Source: Antedon mediterranea (lineage: Eukaryota; Animalia; Echinodermata). From it: a DNA stretch of 64,000 nucleotides. Each line of letters opens with the position of its first letter. The first letter of the stretch is position 1. The stretch is from assembly GCF_964355755.1 (NCBI RefSeq), contig NC_092672.1, positions 21,837,237 to 21,901,236 of the forward strand. The letters run 5' to 3'. The position numbers and the translations under genes were made by a program. The notes below the pieces were generated by a model. The model saw nothing but the letters and a program-made list of their open reading frames with translations, ran no database searches and was not told the DNA's origin. Below are positions 37,590-52,959 of the stretch, piece by piece.

Positions 37590-40070
37590 TAAGTTGCGGA
37601 TAACCAACTAGACATGAAACTCGTCACTTTGACGAGTTAGTTATCCGCACGACAGATGCCACGTGCACGTCATACGTTAAAAACTATAATAAGAGGTGGT
37701 CCTGTATTTTCGCCTTGTATTATAATTATACAGTACACTGTGTATAAAAGGAGACATTAATTAATACAAAGGGCGGCAAACAACAATTTGCTCACATCAG
37801 AGACTATGCTGGTGTACATTGTACTACTGTATTATTATATGACATATTAACTGAATTATGGGACCTGCCTTTAATTCAAATATTTAACATGATGACGTCA
37901 TAAAAAAAACAACACAACGATAGCAATTTCTGAAGAAAATTATCTTAGCAACAACATATTAACGTGTAGAAGAAATTTGAATACGTAAAATGTTAGTGCG
38001 CGCACATTTAAATGTGATGAACTATTACGCAAAATATGAAAATACGACTTTTTTTATTCAAAAATGTTTACATGAATTCGTATCTACAATCCTATAGCTT
38101 CCAGAAAACGTTTTAATTGTGATTATCACATTTTATTCTTACGAGCTATTACAGATTAAAATTTACTGTAAAGATGAAATTAATGACCAACGTGATTTAC
38201 ATTTTTAGGCATGATGACGTTAAAAAAATTTAAAAAATTTTAATTCATGCAAAAGATAGTTGATAGATCTAGAATATATTAAAATCAGAATGAAAATGGA
38301 CAACGAATAAGTGGAGATGCGCTCTATTAAATGTGATGAGCTATGACGAAATAGACAAAAATCCTATATTTTATATTCGCGTGGCCATACGATGACGTCA
38401 CAAAGTCCGGTTAGCCATATTAATGCATGATCCGATATCTACAACTCATCAACTTCCAGAATATGTAATTAAAAAAAAGTTCTCCATGTAGTTTAGAATC
38501 TATGACTGTTTAAAAATAGGCATAATTTTGACGAATTTTTGAACTTTTTCACCAAATACGCGTGCAAATTATCTAATTCGACGTGCTCGTATGACGTAAT
38601 TTTAAGTCGAAATTGTTTAAAATTTGGTAAAATTACTAGAAAAGGCTGAAAAAAAGTAAATCACGCGAAAAAAATATGTTTTTAACGCTACGTGTGCACC
38701 GCTCAAAATGACATGAAACGCATAGAAAGTTGATTAGAAGTTGATATTTCGCACGTTAAAATTTTAAACTCGCGTGCGCGCGTAACTTTTTGTGAAACAT
38801 GCTATTTTTAATCCATAGAAAGTTTGCGCTTGATATGACTTAAATTTTCACAAAGTTTCAAAACAAAATTATGTTTGGTTTTTAGTCTATGATCAATCAT
38901 TGAAATTCATAAAATCGCACGTAAGTCACGTTGCGCAACTCTGACGTCATTCAAAAATAGGAGGTGCACAAGTTCACGTAAATGTCGATATGTTGACAAA
39001 GTTACGATATGTTCTGTTTACACGTTTTAGAGAAACGCGACGCACAAAAATGACAGAAAGAAAGAAGTACTAGACATGAAACTCGTCACTTTGACGAGTT
39101 AGTTATCCGCACGACAAACGCCACGTGCACGTAGAAAAAGATTAAGGCATTATGATCTGAAAAATATGATATGTTGTTAGTGCTGAATTCTGTCAATTTT
39201 GTGTCAGTATAAACAGTATAATATGTATACATATTACATACAGTGCAGAATAGGTGAAATTATGGGACCCGCCATTTATTCATATTTTTAACATGGCGAC
39301 TGTATCAAAATTAAACGTATTTGAATACGTAAAATATAGATGCGCGCTCTTTTAAATGCGATGAACTATGACGCAAAAGGTGAAAATACGACATTTTTTA
39401 GTCAACTGGCCATATGATGACGTCATAACATCTGATTAGCAAAATTTTCACATGAATTCGTATCTACAATCCAATAGCTTCCAGAAAACGTTTTAATCAT
39501 GATTATCACTTTTTATTCTTACGAGCTATAACAGATTGAAATTTACTGTAAAGATGAAAATAAGTGACCCACGTTATTTGCCTTTTTAGACATGATGACG
39601 TCATAACAATTTAAATATTTTTAACTCATGCGAAAGATAGTTGATTGACCTAGACAGTATTAAAATCTTGCAGAAAATGGAATACGGATAAGCGTGATGC
39701 GCTCCATTGAATGTTATGAGCAATGACGAAAGAGAAAAAAATCCTATATTTTGCATTCGTGTGGCCATACGATGACGTCACAATGTCCGGTTAGCCATAT
39801 TGATCCATGATCCTATATCTACAACTCATCTACTTCCAGAATATGCCATCCACAAAAAGTTGACCGTCTAGTTTAGAAATTACGACTATTTAAAAAAAGG
39901 CATAATTTTCATGAATTTTGGAAGTTTTTCATCAAAAACGCGCGTAAATTTTCCAATTCGACGTGCTCGTATGACGTAATTTAAAGTCACAAATGGTTTT
40001 AAAATGGTAAAATTACTCTAGAAGGCTGGAAAAACATAATTCATGAGAAAAAAAGATGTTTTTCACGGTA

Positions 40071-42203
40071 TATATATATATAAACTTTATTTAGACACGA
40101 GACTGATGTGCAGTACAACTCGTTCAATCAATATTGATTGTTTTTACACAAGTTCGTGATACTGTATTACAAAACAAAAAAAATCAACACCATATAAATA
40201 CAACAGAAACGAAAAAAATTGAAATTGAAAAGAAACAAAATTACAGCAGAATCCCCTTCATCTGACACCTCTATTTAGGGTACACCATACCGGTACTTCC
40301 CGTGTAAACGGAAACCCTTATCGAAGTGTATAATTCATGGGGATTCAACTGTAATACATAATAAATCTTTTGGATTTCATTGACGTTAAAATAATAGTGA
40401 TAAAACACACATTTTACATAGTATTTAGCCATTTTAAAAGTTGGATGTAGATCGTAGATTACCATACCATTATGTTTTACAATGCATTTTTCAGATACGT
40501 TTTAAACAACTTAACTGGATTTGGAAGGGCATCAACATTGAGACTATTCCATATAATTGCTCCACGATAAGACAGACTTCGTTTTTTAAAATAGGTTTTT
40601 GGCTTTGGGATGAATAGATGTGTATCACTGTTCCTTAGATTATAATTTATATCATTGAATGTAAATACATTATTTAGGTAAGGTGGGGCATTATCTGTCA
40701 AAACCTTATATATAACCATACAACATTCATATCTATCTTGATAAAATAAAGGTGACCAATTAATTTGCCTTAGTGCCTCACTACTAGGTGTGTCCCATGT
40801 TAGACCACACACGATTCGAGCTGTTCTGTTTTGGATAGTTTGAACTCTTTTCATTAGCGTTTGACTACTATTTCCCCAAATTATGTTACAATAGCTCAAG
40901 TAAGGTATTACAATAGAGTTTGCAATATGTTTTAATATCTTTTGTGGAAAATAATAGCTACATCGTCTAAGCATACCCAATCCATTTAGAGCTTTACCTC
41001 GAATGTATTCAATCTGATTTTTCCATGATAAATGTTCGTCTATTATGATACCGAGATGTTTGCAATATAGAACGCGTGGTACAACATCGTTATCTATATT
41101 AACTGATCTATTTTTTTCTTTGGTGGTTGCCAATCGGTTTGTCGATCCGATCAACATGAACTCGGATTTAGAGACATTTAGACTCAATTTATTATTTTTT
41201 AGCCAATCGTCGATTTGTATAAGTTCTTCATTTATACTTTGGTATATTTAATTTTCATTTTTTGAAGAACAATAAATTATAGTATCGTCAGCATACATAC
41301 TTATTTTACATTTGTTTGCAACTTTCGATAGGTCATTTATATATAAGAGGAAAGCAAGTGGGCCCACGATTTTTGGATGTGTGTATAGTCAGACAATGTA
41401 TTATTTACATTTGTGAATTGCTTTCGCTCAGACAGATAGCTCTCGAACCATTTTAAAACATATTTACTTAAACCATAAAGTCTCAATTTGCTTAATAGTA
41501 TGTTATGGTTTACCGTATCAAAGGCCTTTTTAAAATCTAGTAAACAGATTCCGACCAGCTTACCCTCGTCTATTGCACTATACCAGTCTTCCGTCACTTT
41601 TGTAAGTGCAGTAGATGTTGAGTATGATGGTCGAAAACCTGATTGATTTATACATAACAGATTATTATTATTCAAAAAAGCATAAAGTTGATTAAAAACG
41701 ACTCGTTCAATTATTTTTGAAAGTATAGGTAGGACGGAAATGGGACGATAATTATTAGGGTTAGTTTTTTCACCATTCTTAAAAATTGGCGTGACCTTTG
41801 CTATTTTCCACGTATTTGGGAATTTACATGTTGTGAAGGAGTGATTTATGATTCTTGTAATTGTTAGGGATATAATCGGGGCAGACAGTTTTAGAATGCC
41901 CGGTGGTAAGTTATCATGACCAGTGGCTTTGTTTTTTGAAAGATTATTTAAGTATTTATATACAAATTCACATGTGATGTGTTCGAATTCAAAATTATTT
42001 TCGGTGAAAGCATCGATTTCATCATAATTTATATCATTTATCGGCTCATGTATTTGTGATGCAAGATTTGAACCTATATTTGAGAAAAATGTATTAATTT
42101 CATTTGCGATGTCCTTGGCTTTATAGAGGACATCGCCATTATCATTGCAAATTGTTTGAATAGTTTGAGTTTTCTTTTTTGACGATATGATATATCTTAT
42201 GGT
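40071..42203 (-). mobile_element. 5'-truncated CR1/L2-group LINE inserted in HINE unit B
   Basis: RT motifs (NYRPISVLP, QSGFRP, LDFKKAFDTVNH, MYADDT), with GVPQGS lost in a frameshifting deletion near 41367; C-terminal ORF 40477-41187; (TA)n tail; ACGGTA TSD at 40065-40070 and 42204-42209. Confidence 0.9.
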
Positions 42204-45200
42204 ACGGTACGTGGCCACCGCGCGCGTAAAAAAATGCGTGCACGTGGGAATTTTTGACATGCGCAAAATGTCATGAGTCGTGTAAAAAGTTGATTAAAAA
42301 TTAATTTTACGCATTTTGAAACTTTAAATGCGCGTGCGCGCGTAACTTCTTGTAAAACATGCCATTTTTAATCCATAAAAAGTTTGCACTTGATATGACT
42401 TAAATTTTCACAAAGTGTCAAAACTAAATTATGCTTGGTTTTTAGTCTATGAGCAATCATAAAAAATCATAAAATCGCGCGTAAGTCACATTGCGCAACT
42501 CTGACGTCATTCAAAAATAGGAGGTGCACAACTTCACGTAAATGCCCATATGTTGACAAAGTTATGAAATGTTATGTTTACCCATTTTAGAGATACGCTC
42601 TGCACAAAAAGTGAGGGAGAAAGACAGAAGAATAATATAAAATTGAAACAGGACGATTACAAGGAGTTATCCGCTCAATGCGGATAACTAACTAGACATG
42701 AAACTCGTCACTTTGACGAGTTAGTTATCCGCACGACAAACGCCACGTCCACGCCATACGTTGGAATATTGCACACGGAAAAAGATTATGGCATTATGAC
42801 CTGAACTGAAGACTATGATATGTGGTTATTGCTGAATTCTATTATTTTGATTCATATATAGTATACACAGTGTAATCTGTATACATATCACATACAGTGT
42901 AGAATAGGGGAAATTACGGGACCCGCTATTTATTGCAATTTTTAACATGTTGATGGTTTTAAAATGAAACGCGAAGGTAGCAATTTTGGAAGGAAATTAT
43001 ATCAGCAACAACATATTAACGTGTAGAAGAAATTTGAATACGTGAAATATTAATGCGCGCTCTTTTAAATGTAATGAACTATGACGCAAAAGATGAAAAT
43101 ACTACTTTTTTTATTTAACTGGCCATATGATGACGTCACCACATCCGATTGGCAAAATGTTCACATGATTTTGTATCTACAATCCAATAGCTTCAAGAAA
43201 ACGTTTTAATCGTGATTATCACATTTTATTCTTACGAGCTATAACAGATTGAAATTTACTGTAAAGATGAAATTAATGCCACACGTAATTTACATTTTTA
43301 GGCATGATGACGTCATAAAAATTAAAATATTTTCAACTCATGCTAAAGATAGTTGATTGACCTAGACAATATCAAAATCGGGGTGAAAATGGAAAACGGA
43401 TAAGTGGAGATGCCCTCTATTAAATGTGAGGACTTATGACGAAAGATACAAAAATCCTAAATTTCATATTCGCGTGGCCATACGATGACGTCACAATGTC
43501 CGGTTAGCCATATTAATGCATGATCTGATATCTACAACTCATCAACTTCCAGAATATGTAATAAAAATAATTTTTACCTTTTAGTTTAGAAACTACGATT
43601 GTTTAAAAAAAGGCTTAATTTTGACGAATTTTTGAAGTTTTTCATCAAAAAAGCTCGCAAATTATCATATTCTACGTGCTCGTATGACGTAATTTGAAGT
43701 CAAAATTATTTAAAAGTTGGTAAAATTACTAGAAAAGGCTGGAAAAACATAAATCACTCGAAAAAATGACGTTTTTAACGCTACGTGTGCACCACGCGCG
43801 TAAAAATTTGCGCACGTGTGGGAATTTTTGACATGCTCAAAATGACATGAAACGCGTATAAAGTTGATTAGAAATTGATTTTTCGCATTGGAAAATTTTA
43901 AACGCGCGTGCACGCGTAACTTTGTGTAAAACATGCCATTTTAGTGCACAAAAAGTTAGCGCACGATATAAATTAGACTTTTGCTAAGTTTCAATTTAAA
44001 TTGTTATATGGTTTTCGATCTATGTTAAATACGCGAAATTCATAAAAACGCGCGTAAGTCATGTTGCGCAACTCTGACGTCATTCAATTATAGGAAAGCA
44101 CAACTTCACGTGATTACCCATATGTTGACAAAGTTATAAAATGTTAACTTTACACGTTTTAGAGATACGCTCTGCACAAAAATGACAGAAAGAAAGAAGA
44201 ATAACTAGACATGTAACTCGTCACTTTGACGAGTTAGTTATCCGCACGACAAACGCCACGTGCACGTCATACGTTGGAATATTGCACACAGAAAAAGATT
44301 ATGGCATTATGACCTAAACTGAAGAATATGATATGTTGTTATTGCTGAATTTCTATTATTTTGATTCATATAATATAGTATACACAGTATAATCTGTATC
44401 CATATCACATACAGTGTAGAATAGCTGAAATTACGGAACCCGCTATTTATTGCAATTTTTAACATGTTGACGGTTTTAAAATGAAACGCGCAGGTAGCAA
44501 TGTCGGAAGGAAATTATCTCAGCAACAACATATTAACGTGTAGAAGAAATTTGAATACGTAAAATATTGATGCCCGCTCTTTTAAATGTAATGCATTGAT
44601 GACGCAAAAGATGAAAATACGACTTTTTTATTTAACTGGCCATATGATGAAGTCACAACAACCGATTGGCAACATTATCACATGATTTCGTACCTACAAT
44701 ACAATAGCTTCCTGAAAACGTTTTAATCGTGATTATCACATTTTATTCTTACGAGCTATAACAGATTGAAATTTACTGTAAAGATGAAATTAATGCCACA
44801 CGTAATTTAAATTTTTAGGCATGATGACGTCATAAAAATTAAAATATTTTTAACTCATGCTAAAGATAGTTGATTGACCTAAACAATATCAAAATCGGGG
44901 TGAAAATGGAAAACGGATAAGTGGAGATGCGCTCTATTAAATCTGAGGAGTTATGACGAAAGATACAAAAATCCTAAATTTCATATTCGCGTGGCCATAC
45001 GATGACGTCACAATGTCCTGTTAGCCATATTAATGCATGATCTGATATCTACAACTCATCAACTTCCAGAATATGTAATAAAAATAATTGTTACCGTTTA
45101 GTTTAGAAACTACGATATTTTAAAAAAAGGCTTAATTTTGACGAATTTTTGAAGTTTTTCATCAAAAAAGCGCGCAAATTATCATATTCTACGTGCTCGT

Positions 45201-48200
45201 ATGACGTAATTTGAAGTCGAAATTGTTTAAAAGTTGGTAAAATTACTAGAAAAGGCTGGAAAAACATAAATTACTCGAAAAAATGACGTTTTTAACGCTA
45301 CGTGTGCACCACGCGCGTAAAAATTTGCGCACGTGTGGGAATTTTTGACATGCTCAAAATGACATGAAACGCGTAGAAAGTTGATTAGAAATTGATTTTT
45401 CGCATTGTAAAATTTTAAACGCGCGTGCGCGCGTAACTTCGTGTAAAACATGCCATTTTTAGTGCACAAAAAGTTAGCGTACGATATAAATTAGACTTTT
45501 GCTAAGTTTCAATTTAAATCGTTATATGGTTTTCGATCTATGTTAAATACGCGAAATTCATAAAAACTCGCGTAAGTCATGTTGCGCAACTCTGACGTCA
45601 TTCAATTATAGGAAAGCACAACTTCACATGATTGCCCATATGTTGACAAAGTTATGACATGTTAACTTTACACGTTTTAAAGATACGCTCTGCACAAAAA
45701 TGACATAAAGAAAGAAGAATAATACAGAAAAAAAAAAAAAAAAAAAGATGATGAAACAGGACAGTTACAAGGAGTTATCCACCATAGTGCGGATAACTAA
45801 TAAAGAAAAAACTAGATTTGAACTCGTCACTTTGACGAGTTCGGGTTATCCGCGCAAACGCAACATGCACATATTTTAAACTATATGAACTTCGACAATT
45901 ATTATGCCATCCTATAACATGAATTAAGAATGTTTACAGTGCTGAATTGTACCTATTTTGTAGCATACAGCATATTACAGTGTTTACAGAATACACTGTA
46001 TGTTATATACAGTGTAGAATAGACGAAATTACGAGACCCATCTTTTAAATCCAATTATTAACACGATGACGTCATCAAATTGGCATATAAAGATAACAAT
46101 TTTAGAAGATAATTATCTAAATAATTACATTAATACAAATTTTAAGAATTTTGGGCACGTGAAAGTGAGATGCGCTCTCGTTTAAACACAATGAACGTTT
46201 ACGCAAGAGATGAAAATATGACTTTTTGAATTTAACTGGCCATATGATGACATCACAACATCTGATTGGCAAAATATTCACATGAATTCGTATCTACAAT
46301 CCAATATCTTCCAGAAAACGTTTTAATCATGATTATCACTTTTTATTCTGACGAGCTATAACGGATTGACATTTTCTGTAAAGATGAACATAAGTGACCC
46401 ACGTTATTTACATTTTTAGACATGATGACGTCATAAAAATTAAAATATTTTTAACTCATTTGAAAGATAGTTGATTGACGTAGACAATATTAAAATCTCG
46501 GGGGAAATGGAATACGTATAAGCAAGATGCGCTCTGTTGAATGTGATGAGCAATAACGAAAGAGACAAAAATCCTATATTTTACATTCGTGTGGCCATAC
46601 GATGACGTCATAACATCCGAGAGGTAAAAATGTTGTATGAATGCATATCTACAATTTATCTTCTTACATAATAAATTAAAACAATTGGGGGTCACCATTG
46701 ATCCTGAAGAGCTATAATAGATTCAAAATAGACATTATTTTGACAATATTTTATAACTTTTTCAACTAAAACGGGCGCAATTGGTATAAATCAACGTGTT
46801 CGTATGACGTCATTTTAAGTTGCAATGATGTCAATCCTTTTTTAAATGACTAGGAAAGGCTGGAAAATCACAATTCAAGAGAAAAAACCATGTTTTTCAT
46901 GTTCAGTGCGCACCTTACGCGTAATTTTTTTCGCGCGCAAGGTAATTTTTGACATGCTCAAAATGTCATGATCAGCGCAGAAAGTTCATTAGAAATTAAT
47001 TTTGCGCATTTTGAAATTTTAAATGCGCGTGCACGCGTAACTTCTTGTAAAACATGCCATTTTTAATCCATAGAAAGTTTGCCCTTGATATGACTTAAAT
47101 TTTCACCAAGTGTCAATACAAAATGACTTTTATTTTTTATCCTATGATCAATCATTGAAATTAATAAAATCGCGCGTAAGTCACGTTGCGCAACTCTGAC
47201 GTCATTCAAAATATGGAGGTGCACAACTTCAGGTAAATGTCCATATAATGACAAAGTTATACAAAAGTTATATTCATAAGCTATAGGGGATATGCTGCTC
47301 ACAAAAATCAGGGAAAGAAAGAAGAACAAAGATGATGAAAAAAAAAGATATTTACAATCACATGGGTTATCCTGCAACTAAGTTGCGGATAACCAACTAG
47401 ACATGAAACTCGTCACTTTGACGAGTTAGTTATCCGCACGACAAACGCCACGTGCACGTCATACACTGGACACAGAAAAAGATTATGGCATATTGACATG
47501 AACTGAAGAGTATAATATGTTGTTAGTGCTAAATGCTGTATATTTTGTGTCATATACTATTTACAGTATGCATAGTATAATCTGTATACATATTACTACA
47601 GTGTAGGATAGGCGAAATTACGGGTCCCGTCATTTATTCCAATTTTTAACATGGTGACGGTATGAAAATGAAACACTGATATAGCAATTTCGGAAGGAAA
47701 TTATCTCAGCACCAACATATTAACGTGTAGAAGAAATTTTAATACGTAAAATATTAATGCGCGCTCTTTTAAATGAACTATGACGCAAAATATGAAAATA
47801 CGACTTTTTTATTTAACTGGCCATATGATGACGTCACAACATCCGATTTGCCAAATTTTTACATGATTTTGTATCTACAATCCAATAGCTTCCAGAAAAC
47901 GTTTTAATCGTGATTATCACATTTTATTCTTACGAGCTATAACAGATTAAAATTTTCTGTAAAGATGAAATTAATGCCACATGTAATTTAAATTTTTAGG
48001 CATGATGACGTCATAATAATTAAAATATTTTTAACTCATGCGAAAGATAGTTGATTGACCTAGACAATATCAAAATCGGGGTGAAAATGGAAAATGGATA
48101 AGTGGAGATGCGCTCTATTAAATAAGATGAGCTATGACGAAAGATACAAAAATCCTCAATTTTATATTCGCGTGGCCATACGATGACGTTAAAATGTCCG

Positions 48201-50884
48201 GTTAGCCATATTAATACATGATCCGCTATCTACAACTCATCAACTTCCGGAATATGTCATCCACAAAAAGTTGACCGTGTAGTTTAGAAATTACGACTGT
48301 TTAAAAAAAGGCATAGTTTTGACAAATTTTTGTACTTTTTCATCAAAAACGTGCGCAAATTGTCCAATTCGACGTGTTCGTATGACGTAACTTTAAGTCG
48401 AAAGTGTTTAAAAGTTGGTAAAATTACTATAAAAGGCTGGAAAAACATAAATCACTCGAAAAAAATATGTTTTTAATGCTACGTGCGCACCGCACACGTA
48501 AAAATGTGCGCACGCGTGGGAATTTCTTACATGCTTAAAATGACATGAAACGCGTAGAAAGTTGATTAGAAATTAATTTTGCGCATTTTGAAATTTTAAA
48601 TGCGCGTGCACGCGTAACTTTTTGTAAAACATGCCATTTTTAGTGCACTAACAGTTTGCCCTTGATATGACTTAAATTTTCATAAAGGGTAAAAAAAAAA
48701 TTACTCTTGGTTTTTAAGCTATGATCAATCATTAAAAATCATAAAATCGCGCGCAAGTCACGTTGCGCAACTCTGACGTCATTCAAAATAGGAGATGCAC
48801 AACTTCACGTAAATGCCCACATGTTGTCAAAGTTATAAAATGTTATGTTTACACATTTTAGAGAAACGTGACTCACAAAAAAATGGGAAAGAAATAAGAA
48901 CTAGACATGAAACTCGTCACTTTGACGAGTTAGTTATCCGCACGACAAACGCCACGTGCACATCATACGTTGGAATATTGCACACAGAAAAAGATCATGG
49001 CATTATGACCTGAACTGAAGAATATGGTATGTTGTTAGTGCTGAATTCTGTCAATTTTGTGTCGTATAGTATATATTATAGTATAATATGTATACATCAC
49101 ATACAGTGTAGAATAGGTAAAATTACGGTACCCACTATTTATTGCAATTTTTAACATGTTGACGGTTTTAAAATGAAACGCTAAGGTAGCAATTTCGGAA
49201 GGAAATTATCTCAGCAACAACATATTAACGTGTAGAAGAAATTTTAATACGTAAAATATTAATGCGCGCTCTTTTAAATGTAATGAACTATGACGCAAAA
49301 TATGAAAATACGACTCTTTTTATTTAACTGGCAATATGATGACATCACAACATCCGATTGGCAAAATTTTCACATGATTTTGTATCTACAATCCAATAGC
49401 TTCCAGAAAACGTTTTAATCGTGATTATCACCTTTTATTCTTACGAGCTATAACAGATTAAAATTTACTGTAAAGATGAAATTAATGCCATACGTAATTT
49501 AAATTTTTAGGCATGATGACGTCAAAAAAATTAAAATATTTTTAACTCATGCGAAAGATAGTTGATTGACCTAGATAATATCAAAATCGCGGAGGAAATG
49601 GAATACGGATAAGCAAGATGCGCTCTATTGAAAGTGATGAGCAATAACGAAAGACACAAAAATCCTATATTATACATTCGTGTGGCCATACGATGACGTC
49701 ATAACATCCGAGAGGTAAAAATTGTGCATGAATTTATATCTACAATTTATCTTCTTGCATAATAAGTTTTAAAAAATTGGGGTCACCTTTGATCCTGATG
49801 AGCTATAATAGATTCAAAATAGGCATTATTTTGACAATATTTTATAACTTTTTCAACTAAAACGCGCGCAAATGGTCTCAATCAACGTGTTCATATGACG
49901 TCATTTTAATTTGAAATGATGTCAATCTTTTTTAAAATGACTAAGAAAGGCTGTAAAATCATAATTCAAGAGAAAAGCACATGGTTTTCATGCTACGTGC
50001 GCACCTTACGCGTAAATTTTTTCGCGCGTGTGGGAATTTTTGACATGCTCAAAATGTCCTGATCAGCGTAGAAAGTTGATTAGAAATTAATTTTGCGCAT
50101 TTTGAAATTTTAAATGCGCGTGCGCGCGTAACTTCTTGTAAAACATGCCATTTTTAATCCATAGAAAGTTTTCCCTTGATATGACTTAAATTTTTACTAA
50201 GTTTCAATACAAAATCGCTTTTGGTTTTTAGTCTATGATCAATCATAAAAAATCATAAAATCGTGCGTAAGTCACGTTGCGCAACTCTGACGTCATTCAA
50301 AAATAGGAGGTGCACAACTTCACGTAAATGCCCATATGTTGACAAAGTTATGAAATGTTATGTTTACAAGTTTTTGAGATACGCGAGACACAAAAATGGA
50401 GGAGAAAGAAATAAGAAAACTAGACATGAAACTCGTCACTTTGACGAGTTAGTTATCCGCACGACAAACGCCACGTGCACGTCATACGCCACGTGCACGT
50501 CATACGTTGGAATAATGCACACAGAAAAAGATTATGGCATTATGATCTGAAAAATATGATATGTTGTTAGTGCTGAATTCTGTCAATTTTGTGTCAGTAT
50601 AAACAGTATAATATGTATACATATTACATACAGTGCAGAATAGGTGAAATTATGGGACCCGCCATTTATTCATATTTTTAACATGGCGACTGTATCAAAA
50701 TAAACTCTAAGATAGCAATTTCGGAATGAAATTATCTCAGCAACAACATATTAACATGTAGAAGGTATTTGAATACGTAAAATATAGATGCGCGCTCTTT
50801 TAAATGCGATGAACTATGACGCAAAAGGTGAAAATACGACATTTTTTAGTCAACTGGCCATATGATGACGTCATAACAACTGAT

Positions 50885-52933
50885 TAGCAAAATTTTCACA
50901 TGAATTCGTATCTACAATCCAATAGCTTCCAGAAAACGTTTTAATCATGATTATCACTTTTTATTCTTACGAGCTATAACAGATTGAAATTTACTGTAAA
51001 GATGAAAATAAGTGACCCACGTTATTTGCCTTTTTAGACATGATGACGTCATAAAAATTTAAATATTTTTAACTCATGCGAAAGATAGTTGATTGACCTA
51101 GACAGTATTAAAATCTTGCAGAAAATAAAATACGGATAAGCGTGATGCGCTCCATTGAATGTTATGAGCAATGACGAAAGAGAAAAAAATCCTATATTTT
51201 GTATTCGTGTGGCCATACGATGACGTCACAATGTCCGGTTAGCCATATTGATCCATGATCCGATATCTACAACTCATCTACTTCCAGAATATGCCATCCA
51301 CAAAAAGTTGACCGTCTAGTTTAGAAATTACGACTATTTAAAAAAAGGCATAATTTTCATGAATTTTGGAACTTTTTCATCAAAAACGCGCGTAAATTTT
51401 CCAATTCGATGTGCTCGTATGACGTAATTTAAAGTCACAAATGGTTTTAAAATGGTAAAATTACTCTAGAAGGCTGGAAAAACATAATTCATGAGAAAAA
51501 AAGATGTTTTTCACGGTACGTGGCCACCACGCGCGTAAAAAAATGCGTGCACGTGGGAATTTTTGACATGCGCAAAATGTCATGAGTCGTGTAAAAAGTT
51601 GATTAAAAATTAATTTTACGCATTTTGAAACTTTAAATGCGCGTGCGCGCGTAACTTCTTGTAAAACATGCCATTTTTAATCCATAAAAAGTTTGCACTT
51701 GATATGACTTAAATTTTCACAAAGTGTCAAAACTAAATTATGCTTGGTTTTTAGTCTATGAGCAATCATAAAAAATCATAAAATCGCGCGTAAGTCACGT
51801 TGCGCAACTCTGACGTCATTCAAAAATAGGAGGTGCACAACTTCACGTAAATGCCCATATGTTGACAAAGTTATGAAATGTTATGTTTACCCATTTTAGA
51901 GATACGCTATAGCAAAATTTTCACATGAATTCGTATCTACAATCCAATAGCTTCCAGAAAACGTTTTAATCATGATTATCACTTTTTATTCTTACGAGCT
52001 ATAACAGATTGAAATTTACTGTAAAGATGAAAATAAGTGACCCACGTTATTTGCCTTTTTAGACATGATGACGTCATAAAAATTTAAATATTTTTAACTC
52101 ATGCGAAAGATAGTTGATTGACCTAGACAGTATTAAAATCTTGCAGAAAATGGAATACGGATAAGCGTGATGCGCTCCATTGAATGTTATGAGCAATGAC
52201 GAAAGAGAAAAAAATCCTATATTTTGTATTCGTGTGGCCATACGATGACGTCACAATGTCCGGTTAGCCATATTGATCCATGATCCGATATCTACAACTC
52301 ATCTACTTCCAGAATATGCCATCCACAAAAAGTTGACCGTCTAGTTTAGAAATTACGACTATTTAAAAAAAGGCATAATTTTCATGAATTTTGGAACTTT
52401 TTCATCAAAAACGCGCGTAAATTTTCCAATTCGATGTGCTCGTATGACGTAATTTAAAGTCACAAATGGTTTTAAAATGGTAAAATTACTCTAGAAGGCT
52501 GGAAAAACATAATTCATGAGAAAAAAAGATGTTTTTCACGGTACGTGGCCACCACGCGCGTAAAAAAATGCGTGCACGTGGGAATTTTTGACATGCGCAA
52601 AATGTCATGAGTCGTGTAAAAAGTTGATTAAAAATTAATTTTACGCATTTTGAAACTTTAAATGCGCGTGCGCGCGTAACTTCTTGTAAAACATGCCATT
52701 TTTAATCCATAAAAAGTTTGCACTTGATATGACTTAAATTTTCACAAAGTGTCAAAACTAAATTATGCTTGGTTTTTAGTCTATGAGCAATCATAAAAAA
52801 TCATAAAATCGCGCGTAAGTCACGTTGCGCAACTCTGACGTCATTCAAAAATAGGAGGTGCACAACTTCACGTAAATGCCCATATGTTGACAAAGTTATG
52901 AAATGTTATGTTTACCCATTTTAGAGATACGCT
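50885..52933 (+). repeat. Near-identical 1025-bp internal tandem duplication inside HINE unit H
   Basis: 50885-51908 repeats at 51910-52933; junction GATACGCT-A-TAGCAAAATTTTCAC. Confidence 0.9.
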
Positions 52934-52959
52934 CTGCACAAAAAGTGAGGGAGAAAGAC

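Noticed and set aside
42204-42266. N-terminus of ORF 41337-42266 (likewise the tails of ORFs 57247-58188 and 59386-60567 and the start of 4401-4898)
   Set aside because: Read-through across insertion junctions into unrelated elements, not real protein fusions.
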